From positions 1,536,001-1,600,000 of the forward strand of contig OZ219754.1 in NCBI GenBank assembly GCA_964291295.2: 64,000 bases of DNA, in the 5' to 3' direction. Of the stretch, positions 9,807 through 19,237 are shown one piece after another; position 1 is the stretch's first letter, and every line of letters starts with the position of its first letter. Under the pieces are notes generated by a model, which was given only the letters and a program-made list of their open reading frames with translations, ran no database searches and was not told where the DNA came from. Source of the stretch: an uncultured Candidatus Binatia bacterium (GTDB taxonomy: Bacteria; Desulfobacterota; Binatia; UBA9968; JAJDTQ01). Position numbers and translations under genes: made by a program.

Positions 9807-10100
9807 ATGGAAGACCCCGGAGCCATCGCGTTGCTGGCCGGTCTGGTGCGCGCCTTCAGGGCGGGGGACATCGAGATGCGGTTCGAGGAAGCCGACCGCG
9901 CGGTGCTGGCGAAACTGTCCCGGGAGGGACTCGTGAATCTCTCGAACGACGGCTTCACCCTGACCGAGGCCGGCGGTTCCTACGCGGCCCGATCCCCGGT
10001 CCCGCCGGTTACGGCCAAGGGAATCCTGTATCTGGAGCGTCTTCCCATCGACACCTTCGCCCACCGGCCCGGGCTGTTTCGCTTCCTCGGCTGGCTGTGA
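9807..10100 (+). CDS. Hypothetical protein, possibly winged-helix-like
   Basis: Fills the gap in an apparent operon; LSREGLV......FTLTEAG pattern. Confidence 0.55.
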   Translation: MEDPGAIALLAGLVRAFRAGDIEMRFEEADRAVLAKLSREGLVNLSNDGFTLTEAGGSYAARSPVPPVTAKGILYLERLPIDTFAHRPGLFRFLGWL

Positions 10101-10113
10101 CGCGCCCGGCACC

Positions 10114-11520
10114 ATGGATCGGCTTGCGGAAAAGATTGCGGAGTTCGTCGCCGGCAGCGGCTTCGACAAGTTGCCGCCGGAGGTGGTGGAGGCCGCCAAG
10201 ACGGCGTTTCTGGACTGCCTCGGGGTGGCGCTGGCGGGCTCGGACGAGGCCAGCGCGCGGATCTGCGCCGCGCTGGCGCAAAAGGAATCCGGGGCCGGCG
10301 TGGCCACGGTCATCGGTCATCGGTTCGGGACAACCGCCACGCTGGCCGCGCTCTGCAACGGCACCTCGGCCCACGCCCTGGACTTCGATCACAGTTTTCT
10401 CGTGGGTCAACCCACGGCTGGCCTGATTCCGGCGGTGCTGACCATGGGCGAAATGCTCGACGCCGGCGGCCGGGATGTCCTCGCCGCTTACGTGGCGGGT
10501 TTCGAGGTGGTGGCGCGGTTGGCGCGTTCCATGCCCCGGTTGTCGACCACCGCCCATTGGCACTCGACCTCCAGCCTGGGCGCGGTGGGGGCGGCGGCCG
10601 GTTGCGCCCGACTCGCGAGGCTGGACGCCGGGGCGGCGCGCAACGCCCTCGGCATCGCCGCTTCCATGGCGTCCGGCATGGTGTGGAACTTCGCCACCAT
10701 GACCAAACCGCTGCACGCGGGCCTGGCTGCCCAAAACGGTGTGCTGGCGGCGCGGCTGGCCGGGCAGGGCTTTACCTCCAGTCCCGCTGCGCTGGCGGAG
10801 GACAAGGGGCTGTTCGACTGTTTCGCGCGCGGGCTCGACTGCGACATCACTCCATTCAAGAGCCTTGGCCGGACTTTCGACCTCACCGGCATCGGCATCA
10901 GTGTCAAGCCGTACCCCTGCGGTGGACTGACACACACGGCCGTGGACGCCGTTCTGGAGTTGCGCCGCGAGGGTCTGCGCCCGGACCAGCTGGATTCCAT
11001 GCGAGTGGAAGTGACGCCCCACGTCTTCGACCGGATCATGAATGCGCTGCCGGCCAATGGCATCGAGGCCAGATTCAGCATGCCCTATATCCTGGCCAGG
11101 GCGCTGGCGGACGGAGCGCTGGTGCTGGACACCTTCACGGACGAGGCGGCCGCCGAGCCCGGCATCCGGCAACTCGGCGGGAAGATCGTGATGGAACCGG
11201 GGGACGGGCTCGTTGAAACCCCGGGCGGTCGCCGTCCGGCCCTCGTGACGGTGGAACTCGGGGATGGCAGACGACTGCACCGTCAGGTGGATCATGCGCG
11301 GGGCACGCCCTGGAAGCCGATGACGCCGGTGGAGTTGCGGGAGAAGTTCGATTCCTGCGCCGCCCGGGTGCTGGACCCGGCTCGGAGCCGGCAGGTTGCC
11401 GACCTCGTCAACGGCCTGGAGGGCCTGGACGCCATCCGGGACCTGTGCAGGCTTTTGGGGAAACCCCGGCCGGCCGCCCCGGGTCTGCTTGAAACGTCGA
11501 ACCGTCATCCGGGCCGGTGA
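10114..11520 (+). CDS. MmgE/PrpD family protein
   Basis: LDCLGVALAG, NGTSAHALDFD, TKPLHAG, KPYPCG..TH, ARFSMPY. Confidence 0.92.
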   Translation: MDRLAEKIAEFVAGSGFDKLPPEVVEAAKTAFLDCLGVALAGSDEASARICAALAQKESGAGVATVIGHRFGTTATLAALCNGTSAHALDFDHSFLVGQPTAGLIPAVLTMGEMLDAGGRDVLAAYVAGFEVVARLARSMPRLSTTAHWHSTSSLGAVGAAAGCARLARLDAGAARNALGIAASMASGMVWNFATMTKPLHAGLAAQNGVLAARLAGQGFTSSPAALAEDKGLFDCFARGLDCDITPFKSLGRTFDLTGIGISVKPYPCGGLTHTAVDAVLELRREGLRPDQLDSMRVEVTPHVFDRIMNALPANGIEARFSMPYILARALADGALVLDTFTDEAAAEPGIRQLGGKIVMEPGDGLVETPGGRRPALVTVELGDGRRLHRQVDHARGTPWKPMTPVELREKFDSCAARVLDPARSRQVADLVNGLEGLDAIRDLCRLLGKPRPAAPGLLETSNRHPGR

Positions 11521-11568
11521 AGCCGCAGCCACGCCTTTCACGGCGTGGCTGCGGGTCGGTCCACGCCC

Positions 11569-12576
11569 TCACAGGTCGTCGCCGGCGCCGTTCTCCCCGG
11601 ATTCCGGACCCCAGCCCTCGCCGAACGCCTCGGTCTCCCTGAAGCCTTCCGCGCGCCATTCGTCGATGAGTTGTCGGACCGGTATCTTGCGCCGCATGAG
11701 ACCCTTCATGAGGTTCTTGTACATGGGTGCGACGTCGGTCCGGGCATTGATCGGACAGACGGTGAGGCAGACCTTGCAGCCCTCGTACTGCTCGAAGAAG
11801 GGACGGCATGTGGGGGTGTCCACGTGCCAGCGCACGGTGCCGAACACCTCCTGCTTCCGGGGTGTGATGGATTCACCGGGACAGAAGTTCGTGCACGCGT
11901 TGCATCGCAGGCAGAAGTCGTCAAAGCCGAAGTTCGCGGGTTGCGCCTCCGGAATCAGCGGCATTTCCGTGGTGACCGCGCCGAGCCGCACGCTTGGGCC
12001 GTACTTGCGGGTGATCAGCGAGCCGTGGCGCCCCAGTTCGCCCAAGCCCGCCTTCCAGGCCACCGGAATGAAGAGCAGGTCGCCCTCGTTGGCATATCCC
12101 CGGGCGTGGTAGCCGTAGGCGCGGATGTACTGGGCCAGACGTACGGAGACATCCGACAGCAGGTAATAGACCTTGTGAACTTCGGCCTGGGCCAGCGGCC
12201 CCAGCCGCTTCATCTCCGCGAAGTTCATGCGAATTGCGAAGGAGATGGCCACCTTGTGTCCTTCCGGAGGCTTGGTGCCGCGTACATAGTCGAACTCGTC
12301 GACGGGTGCGACTCCGACAAGGTCGGCGCCCATCTCCAGTGCGATCTTCTTCACCGTGCGGGTGACCCCGGCCCAGTCCCCGGTCTCCAGGCGGTGGGGA
12401 TTCACCGGGCCGTCCTGCAGGTTGCGCCGGTCGTGATCCTCCCGCATGAACATGTACCGGCGCGTCAGCGGGTGACGGCGGGCCTTGGTCGCCTGTCCCA
12501 CCTTCTTGTCGGGGAAGGGCCACTGTTTGCGCGGTTGTTCCCGGCGCTCCGTGAATATGATTCCGCTGGGCTCCAT
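11569..12576 (-). CDS. Reductive dehalogenase/QueG-superfamily cobalamin and 2x[4Fe-4S] protein (about 335 aa)
   Basis: GADLVGVA, AGLGELGRHGSLIT..YGPSVRLGAVTTEMPL, FCLRCNACTNFCP and C..CKVCLTVCP. An AAGGAG RBS precedes the ATG at 12576. Confidence 0.8.
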   Translation of the reverse strand: MEPSGIIFTERREQPRKQWPFPDKKVGQATKARRHPLTRRYMFMREDHDRRNLQDGPVNPHRLETGDWAGVTRTVKKIALEMGADLVGVAPVDEFDYVRGTKPPEGHKVAISFAIRMNFAEMKRLGPLAQAEVHKVYYLLSDVSVRLAQYIRAYGYHARGYANEGDLLFIPVAWKAGLGELGRHGSLITRKYGPSVRLGAVTTEMPLIPEAQPANFGFDDFCLRCNACTNFCPGESITPRKQEVFGTVRWHVDTPTCRPFFEQYEGCKVCLTVCPINARTDVAPMYKNLMKGLMRRKIPVRQLIDEWRAEGFRETEAFGEGWGPESGENGAGDDL

Positions 12577-12973
12577 GAGTGGCTCCTTTCCGCAAGGGGG
12601 CTTCCGCGAAGCTGCCCCGGGTGTCCGCCCCGGCGCAAGGTTCGCATCCGGCCCGTGGTTCGCGTCTGCACGGATACTATCAGAGGCACCCCGGGGATGC
12701 CACGGTGGAAGCTCGTCAAGGTCTTCAGAGGGTTGACAGACGCCATGCCCATGGAGCAGCCGGCTCATGGAGCAAACGGAGGGAGCAAACGGAGCTCCTG
12801 CGGCGCTTGGAAGCCGCCGGTAACCGACGGCGAGTTTCGCAAGCTGAACTTCCAGGACAGCTTCGGCGCCTGCGTGGAAGGGTTCCGTTCGGTGACGCCC
12901 CGCTTGGCGATCCTGGAGAATCAGTCCAGGCGCGGAAAGGCGTTGCCGTGCCGGGACGTGCACCGAGGGATAC

Positions 12974-13033
12974 CTGTCTGACACCGGCTTCCGGCGGCGT
13001 TCGCTGTCTGACACCGGCTTCCGGCGGCGTTCG
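12974..13033. repeat. Perfect 30-bp tandem duplication
   Basis: CTGTCTGACACCGGCTTCCGGCGGCGTTCG x2. Confidence 0.95.
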
Positions 13034-13225
13034 GCGACGCCGTCTCCGGTATCCACCTCTGCCGGGGCAACCAGTGCAGCGTGTGGCACCGGGAGGGCGT
13101 CGGCGGCGCGGCTGTTCGGCGGGCTGAAACATCGCCGGTTGCGGCTGCGGTACGACCCCGACCGCGCCGGCGGGTTCGAACCGTTGTGGTTCGTTCCCGG
13201 GGGCACAATGGTGTTGCTCGTGAGT

Positions 13226-13281
13226 ACGAAGGTACGAGGGTGAATGGCCGGGCACGAAGGTACGAGGGTGAATGGCCGGGC
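13226..13281. repeat. Perfect 28-bp tandem duplication
   Basis: ACGAAGGTACGAGGGTGAATGGCCGGGC x2. Confidence 0.95.
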
Positions 13282-13480
13282 GGGCGAAAATGGTTTCGGG
13301 GATGTGGATTCGGGGATTCTTGCACGGTCAGCCTCTCTGTGGTACAGACTGCCCGAGGTGAAATGGGACGAAGGCTTGACGCTTGCTGAATGCCTGCTGA
13401 TGTTGCCGGAGGGAAGTTCCGTGGTATCGTACCAAGCATTGTACGGAGGCCGCTTTTGAAGGCGGGAGGGGAGATCGGTA

Positions 13481-15289
13481 ATGAAAAGGACGAGGATACT
13501 GATGTACAGGATGATGTACAGGAATCTGGCGACGATCTTCTGCGCGGTGGTGCTGGTCATGGGGCTTGCGGCATGCGGCGGAAGCAGCAACACGGCGACG
13601 ACCCCGGATCCGCCGACGGAAGTCGAGACGGCCCTGACGGAGGCTCAGACGGCGGCGATGACGGCGTCCGGCAAGGCCAAGACGGCGTCCGACAACGCGG
13701 GGACGGCGGCGGATGAGGCGGAAGCGGCGCTTGCGGACCTCATGTCCGTCCATGTTGCCAAGGGGGAGAAGACGGCGAGGGCCTATGCGGAGGAGGCCCG
13801 GACGGCGGCGAACATGGCGAAGGCGGAGTACGACAAGGCCAAGATGGAATCGGACAAGGCTGCGGCGACGAACGACGTGAATGTGGCGGCCAAGGCCAAA
13901 TTGCTGGCCGAGGCGGCGCAGGCGAAGGCCGAGGCTCAGGCGGCGACGGCGGCGGAGAAGGCGAAGATGGCGAAGGATGCTGCGACCAAGGAGGTCCGGC
14001 ATGTGGAGGGGATGACCTACGGGTACGGCGACACGACCATCACGGCGGGTGCGCCCACGGTCGAAACCACCACCGGGGGCAAGACCGTCACGACCGGCAA
14101 GAGAGGCAACTTGGGCTACAATTCACGGAGCAGCTTCCGAAAGGAACCCGTCCCCTACAAGGCGGCGACCGACAGCACGCCGGAGGTCGCTGGCCAGACG
14201 GGGTTCCGTGCACGGACCATCCCGGTCGGTTCCTACAACGACTCGGAGAAGTCCCGTTTCTGGTTGATCGACAAATATATCACCAAAAGCAAGGCGGTGA
14301 AGTCTTACCGCAGGGCGAAGGACGACAGCAATCAGCCGATCACGGTGACCGCCACGATCACGGCAGAAAACCCGTTCGGCGGGGTCACGGTTGACAGCCA
14401 GACCTACAAGGTGATGCGGGCGGAGGGCGAGTTCTATGTTGTCGACACCCAGGAGGGTACGAAATTCGACAAGACGAATTCCTGGGACTGGATCAATGCG
14501 GACGCCCCGGACGCGAATGCGGGCGTGGGGGTCTACTACTACACGGATAGCGACGGGAAAAAGACCTGGCTTCTGCGCACCGGAAACGAGGGAGTCACGG
14601 GATTCACTTATCGGCAGATTTTCGTCTACGATGTGCCGGATTTCCCGGAGGCGAAGCCCTACGAGCACATGAACTACGGCGCGTGGCACACGGAGAAGGG
14701 AACCAGCAAGAGGGCCGACCTTGGCATCGCATTCGTCCGGGCGCTGCCCGGCAAGGGCCCGACTCCGGTCGGGGCCATGCCGGACTCCGGCAGCGCCACC
14801 TACAGGGGTAATGCATTCTTTCAGAAGCGCATCCAGGACGCTCAAGGCAAAGGAGCTATCGCTGGTAGTGGCGCCGACTCCGTAACCGCAACCTCAACCA
14901 CAGAGGTGGATTTCGGGGAAAGCACCATCAAGACCGATATTCTTTTTAGTCACCTCGGATATCCAGGAGACGGCGGACTTGACGGGATTGTCGCCACATT
15001 CCACGGGACCATCGACGGGAACGGGTTCTCGGGCAGCAAAGTGACCAATGTCAACGCGGAAGGCGACGGCTACGATACGCCGGGTTTTCCATCTGGCTCT
15101 ACTGCCACCCACCGTAACAGCGTGAATTTGGCCACGAGCGTGGACGGCAGCAAGTACGAGGTGAGGGAGTACCGCGGCCAATTCTTCGGACCGAACGCCG
15201 AAGAGGTAGGCGGCGTGTTCGACATCACGTCCAAGGACAAGAAGAGCGGCGAGTTGCGCGGCTCTTTCGGGGGTCGCAAGACAGAGTAA
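13481..15289 (+). CDS. Surface lipoprotein, copy 1: Ala/Lys-rich helical stalk + TbpB-like C-terminal beta-barrel
   Basis: Lipobox GLAAC-GGSS. C-terminal MP.SGSATYRG, VDFG, GTIDGNGFSG, GQFFGPNAEEVGGVF, GSFGG(RK) match the transferrin-binding-protein-like barrel. Confidence 0.8.
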   Translation: MKRTRILMYRMMYRNLATIFCAVVLVMGLAACGGSSNTATTPDPPTEVETALTEAQTAAMTASGKAKTASDNAGTAADEAEAALADLMSVHVAKGEKTARAYAEEARTAANMAKAEYDKAKMESDKAAATNDVNVAAKAKLLAEAAQAKAEAQAATAAEKAKMAKDAATKEVRHVEGMTYGYGDTTITAGAPTVETTTGGKTVTTGKRGNLGYNSRSSFRKEPVPYKAATDSTPEVAGQTGFRARTIPVGSYNDSEKSRFWLIDKYITKSKAVKSYRRAKDDSNQPITVTATITAENPFGGVTVDSQTYKVMRAEGEFYVVDTQEGTKFDKTNSWDWINADAPDANAGVGVYYYTDSDGKKTWLLRTGNEGVTGFTYRQIFVYDVPDFPEAKPYEHMNYGAWHTEKGTSKRADLGIAFVRALPGKGPTPVGAMPDSGSATYRGNAFFQKRIQDAQGKGAIAGSGADSVTATSTTEVDFGESTIKTDILFSHLGYPGDGGLDGIVATFHGTIDGNGFSGSKVTNVNAEGDGYDTPGFPSGSTATHRNSVNLATSVDGSKYEVREYRGQFFGPNAEEVGGVFDITSKDKKSGELRGSFGGRKTE

Positions 15290-15407
15290 CAGGCCGCCGT
15301 CACCGGCGGCGGTTCACGGAGCGGGGCGCCCGATCCATCTCCGGGTCGAGGGAAGTTCCATGGCATCGTACCGAGGCCGCTTTTGAAGGCGGGAGGGGAG
15401 ATCGGTA

Positions 15408-17207
15408 ATGAAAAGGACGAGGATACTGATGTACAGGATGATGTACGGGAATCTGGCGACGATTTTCTGCGCGGTGGTGCTGGTCATGGGGCTTGCGGCA
15501 TGCGGCGGAAGCAGCAACACGGCGACCACCCCGGATCCGCTGACGGAAGTCGAGACGGCCTTGAAGGATGCCCAGACGGCGGCGATGACGGCGTCCGGCA
15601 AGGCCAAGACGGCGTCCGACAACGCGGGGACGGCGGCGGATGAGGCGGAAGCGGCGCTTGCGGACCTCATGTCCGTCCATGTTGCCAAGGGGGAGAAGAC
15701 GGCGAGGGCCTATGCGGAGGAGGCCCGGACGGCGGCGAACATGGCGAAGGCGGAGTACGACAAGGCCAAGATGGAATCGGACAAGGCTGCGGCGACGAAC
15801 GACGTGAATGTGGCGGCCAAGGCCAAATTGCTGGCCGAGGCGGCGCAGGCGAAGGCCGAGGCTCAGGCGGCGACGGCGGCGGAGAAGGCGAAGATGGCGA
15901 AGGATGCTGCGACCAAGGAGGTCCGGCATGTGGAGGGGATGACCTACGGGTACGGCGACACGACCATCACGGCGGGTGCGCCCACGGTCGAAACCACCAC
16001 CGGGGGCAAGACCGTCACGACCGGCAAGAGAGGCGGCCTGACCGAAAAGTCACGGACCACCCAACGAAAGGAACCGGTCCCTTACAAGGCGGCGACCGAC
16101 AGCACGCCGGAGGTGGCTGGCCAGACGGGGTTCCACCCACGGACCCTCGAGTTCGGTTCCTACAGCGACTCGGAGAAGTCCCGTCTCTGGTTGGTGACCA
16201 AGTATATCACCAAAAGCAAGGCGGTGAAGTCTTACCGCAGGGCGAAGGACGCCAGCGATCAGCCGATCACGGTGACCGCCACGATCACGGCAGAAAACCC
16301 GTTCGGCGGGGTCACGGTTGACAGCCAGACCTACAAGGTGATGCGGGCGGAGGGCGAGTTCTATGTTGTCGGCACCCAGGAGGATACGAAATTCGACAAG
16401 ACGAATTCCTGGGACTGGATCAATGAGGACACCCCGGACGCGAATGCGGGCGTGGGGGTCTACTACTACACGGATAGCAACGGGAAAAAGACCTGGCTTC
16501 TGCGCACCGGAAACGAGGGAGTCACGGGATTCACTTATCGGCAGATTTTCGTCTACGATGTGCCGGATTTCCCGGAGGCGAAGCCCTACGAGCACATGAA
16601 CTACGGCATGTGGCACACGGAGAAGGTACAGGCCAAGAGGGCCGACCTTGGCATCTCATTCGTCCGGGCACTGCCCGGCCAGGGCCCTACCCCGACTGCC
16701 AACATGCCAAGCTCCGGCAGCGCCTCCTACAGGGGTCATGCAGTTTGGCAGAAGCGCGTACAGCACGCTGAGGGCAAAGGAGGTATAAAAGGTTGGGACG
16801 GACTCTCAACCACAACGGTGGATTTCGGGAAAAGCACCATCAAGACCGATATTTTTCAGAATATCCTCCAATATAGAGGACAGGGCCACATTGACGGGAT
16901 TGTCGCCACATTCCACGGGACCATCGACGGGAACGGGTTCTCGGGCAGCAAAGTGACCAATGTCAACGCCGAAGGCGCCGGCTATATTACAACACCGCCG
17001 GGTCTTCCATCTGCCAATGCTACCCAACATCGTAATGCTATCGACTTGGCCACGAGCGCGGATGGCAGCAAGTACGAGGTGAGGGAGTACAGCGGCCAAT
17101 TCTTCGGACCGAACGCGGAAGAGGTGGGCGGCGTGTTCGACATCACGTCCAAGGACAAGAAGAGCGGCGAGTTGCGCGGCTCTTTCGGGGGTCGCAAGGC
17201 AGAGTAA
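15408..17207 (+). CDS. Surface lipoprotein, copy 2 (TbpB-like barrel)
   Basis: Paralog of copy 1 with the same lipobox and barrel motifs. Confidence 0.8.
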   Translation: MKRTRILMYRMMYGNLATIFCAVVLVMGLAACGGSSNTATTPDPLTEVETALKDAQTAAMTASGKAKTASDNAGTAADEAEAALADLMSVHVAKGEKTARAYAEEARTAANMAKAEYDKAKMESDKAAATNDVNVAAKAKLLAEAAQAKAEAQAATAAEKAKMAKDAATKEVRHVEGMTYGYGDTTITAGAPTVETTTGGKTVTTGKRGGLTEKSRTTQRKEPVPYKAATDSTPEVAGQTGFHPRTLEFGSYSDSEKSRLWLVTKYITKSKAVKSYRRAKDASDQPITVTATITAENPFGGVTVDSQTYKVMRAEGEFYVVGTQEDTKFDKTNSWDWINEDTPDANAGVGVYYYTDSNGKKTWLLRTGNEGVTGFTYRQIFVYDVPDFPEAKPYEHMNYGMWHTEKVQAKRADLGISFVRALPGQGPTPTANMPSSGSASYRGHAVWQKRVQHAEGKGGIKGWDGLSTTTVDFGKSTIKTDIFQNILQYRGQGHIDGIVATFHGTIDGNGFSGSKVTNVNAEGAGYITTPPGLPSANATQHRNAIDLATSADGSKYEVREYSGQFFGPNAEEVGGVFDITSKDKKSGELRGSFGGRKAE

Positions 17208-17325
17208 CAGGCCGCCGTCACCGGCGGCGGTTCACGGAGCGGGGCGCCCGATCCATCTCCGGGTCGAGGGAAGTTCCATGGCATCGTGCCAAGGCCGCTT
17301 TTGAAGGGGACAGGGTAGATCGGTA

Positions 17326-19119
17326 ATGAAAAGGACGAGGATACTGATGCACAGGATGATGTACGGGAATCTGGCGACGGTCTTGTGCGCGGTGGTGCTG
17401 GTCATGGGGCTTGCGGCATGCGGCGGCAGCAGCAACACGGCGACGACCCCGGATCCGCCGACGGAAGTCGAGACGGCCCTGACGGAGGCTCAGACGGCGG
17501 CGATGACGGCGTCCGGCAAGGCCAAGACGGCGTCCGACAACGCGGGGACGGCGGCGGATGAGGCGGAAGCGGCGCTTGCGGACCTCATGTCCGTCCATGT
17601 TGCCAAGGGGGAGAAGACGGCGAGGGCCTATGCGGAGGAGGCCCGGACGGCGGCGAACATGGCGAAGGCGGAGTACGACAAGGCCAAGATGGAATCGGAC
17701 AAGGCTGCGGCGACGAACGACGTGAATGTGGCGGCCAAGGCCAAATTGCTGGCCGAGGCGGCGCAGGCGAAGGCCGAGGCTCAGGCGGCGACGGCGGCGG
17801 AGAAGGCGAAGATGGCGAAGGATGCTGCGACCAAGGAGGTCCGGCATGTGGAGGGGATGACCTACGGGTACGGCGACACGACCATCACGGCGGGTGCGCC
17901 CAAGGTCGAAACCACCACCGGGGGCAAGACCGTCACGACCGGCAAGGGAGGCGGCCTGACCGACAATTCACGGACCACCCAACGAAAGGAACCCGTCCCT
18001 TACAAGGCGGCGACCGACAGCACGCCGGAGGTGGCTGGCCAGACGGGGTTCCACCCACGGACCCTCGAGTTCGGTTCCTACAGCGACTCGGAGAAGTCCC
18101 GTCTCTGGTTGGTGACCAAGTATGTCACCAAAAGCAAGGCGGTGAAGTCTTACCGCAGGGCGAAGGACGCCAGCGATCAGCCGATCACGGTGACCGCCAC
18201 GATCACGGCAGAAAACCCGTTCGGCGGGGTCACGGTTGACAGCCAGACCTACAAGGTGATGCGGGCGGAGGGCGAGTTCTATGTTGTCGACACCCAGGAG
18301 GATACGAAATTCGACAAGACGAATTCCTGGGACTGGATCAATGCGGACGCCCCGGACGCGAATGCGGGCGTGGGTGTCTACTACTACACGGATAGCAACG
18401 GGAAGAAGACCTGGCTTCTGCGCACCGGAAACGAGGGAGTCACGGGATTCACCTATCGGCAGATTTTCGTCTATGATGTGCCGGATTTCCCGGAGGCGAA
18501 GCCCTACGAGCACATGAACTACGGCATGTGGCACACGGAGAAGGTCCTCAGCAAGAGGGACCACCTTGGCATTGCATTCGTCCGGGCACTGCCCGGCAAG
18601 GGCCCTACCCCGACTGCCAACATGCCAAGCTCCGGCAGCGCCACCTACAGGGGTCAGGCAGTTTGGCAGAAGCGCGTACAGCACGCTGAGGGCAAAGGAA
18701 GTATCGCCGCTCAGAACGGAAACTCAACCACAACGGTGGATTTCGGGAAAAGCACCATCAAGACCGATATTTTTTGGGATATCCTCGAATATCCAACACA
18801 GGGCGGGGTTGACGGGATTCTCGCCACATTCCACGGGACCATCGACGGGAACGGGTTCTCGGGCAGCAAAGTGACCAATGTCAACGCCGAAGGCGACGGC
18901 TATAATACACCGGGTCTTCCAGCTGCCTCTGCTCCCGACCATCGTAATGCTGTGAAGTTGGCCACGAGCGCGGATGGCAGCAAGTACGAGGTGAGGGAGT
19001 ACAGCGGCCAATTCTTCGGGCCGAACGCCGAAGAGGTGGGCGGCGTGTTCGACATCACGTCCAAGGACAAGAAGAGCGGCGAGTTGCGCGGCACCTTCGG
19101 CGGTCGCAAGACAGAGTAA
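17326..19119 (+). CDS. Surface lipoprotein, copy 3 (TbpB-like barrel)
   Basis: Paralog of copies 1 and 2. Confidence 0.8.
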   Translation: MKRTRILMHRMMYGNLATVLCAVVLVMGLAACGGSSNTATTPDPPTEVETALTEAQTAAMTASGKAKTASDNAGTAADEAEAALADLMSVHVAKGEKTARAYAEEARTAANMAKAEYDKAKMESDKAAATNDVNVAAKAKLLAEAAQAKAEAQAATAAEKAKMAKDAATKEVRHVEGMTYGYGDTTITAGAPKVETTTGGKTVTTGKGGGLTDNSRTTQRKEPVPYKAATDSTPEVAGQTGFHPRTLEFGSYSDSEKSRLWLVTKYVTKSKAVKSYRRAKDASDQPITVTATITAENPFGGVTVDSQTYKVMRAEGEFYVVDTQEDTKFDKTNSWDWINADAPDANAGVGVYYYTDSNGKKTWLLRTGNEGVTGFTYRQIFVYDVPDFPEAKPYEHMNYGMWHTEKVLSKRDHLGIAFVRALPGKGPTPTANMPSSGSATYRGQAVWQKRVQHAEGKGSIAAQNGNSTTTVDFGKSTIKTDIFWDILEYPTQGGVDGILATFHGTIDGNGFSGSKVTNVNAEGDGYNTPGLPAASAPDHRNAVKLATSADGSKYEVREYSGQFFGPNAEEVGGVFDITSKDKKSGELRGTFGGRKTE

Positions 19120-19237
19120 CAGGCCGCCGTCATCGGCGGCGGTTCACGGAGCGGGGCGCCCGATCCATCTCCGGGTCGAGGGAAGTTTCATGGCATCGTG
19201 TCAAGGCCGCTTTTGAAGGGGACAGGGGAGATCGGTA

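Noticed and set aside
13150-13200. tRNA suggested by GGTTCGAACC
   Set aside because: No acceptor stem, D-arm or anticodon arm can be built around it.
12974-13281. CRISPR array from the 30-bp and 28-bp repeats
   Set aside because: Copies are directly adjacent with no spacers, there are only two of each, and no cas genes are present.
11569-13593. 674-aa ORF as a single protein
   Set aside because: The part upstream of 12576 crosses repeats and the antisense of lipoprotein copy 1. An RBS and family motifs support the start at 12576.
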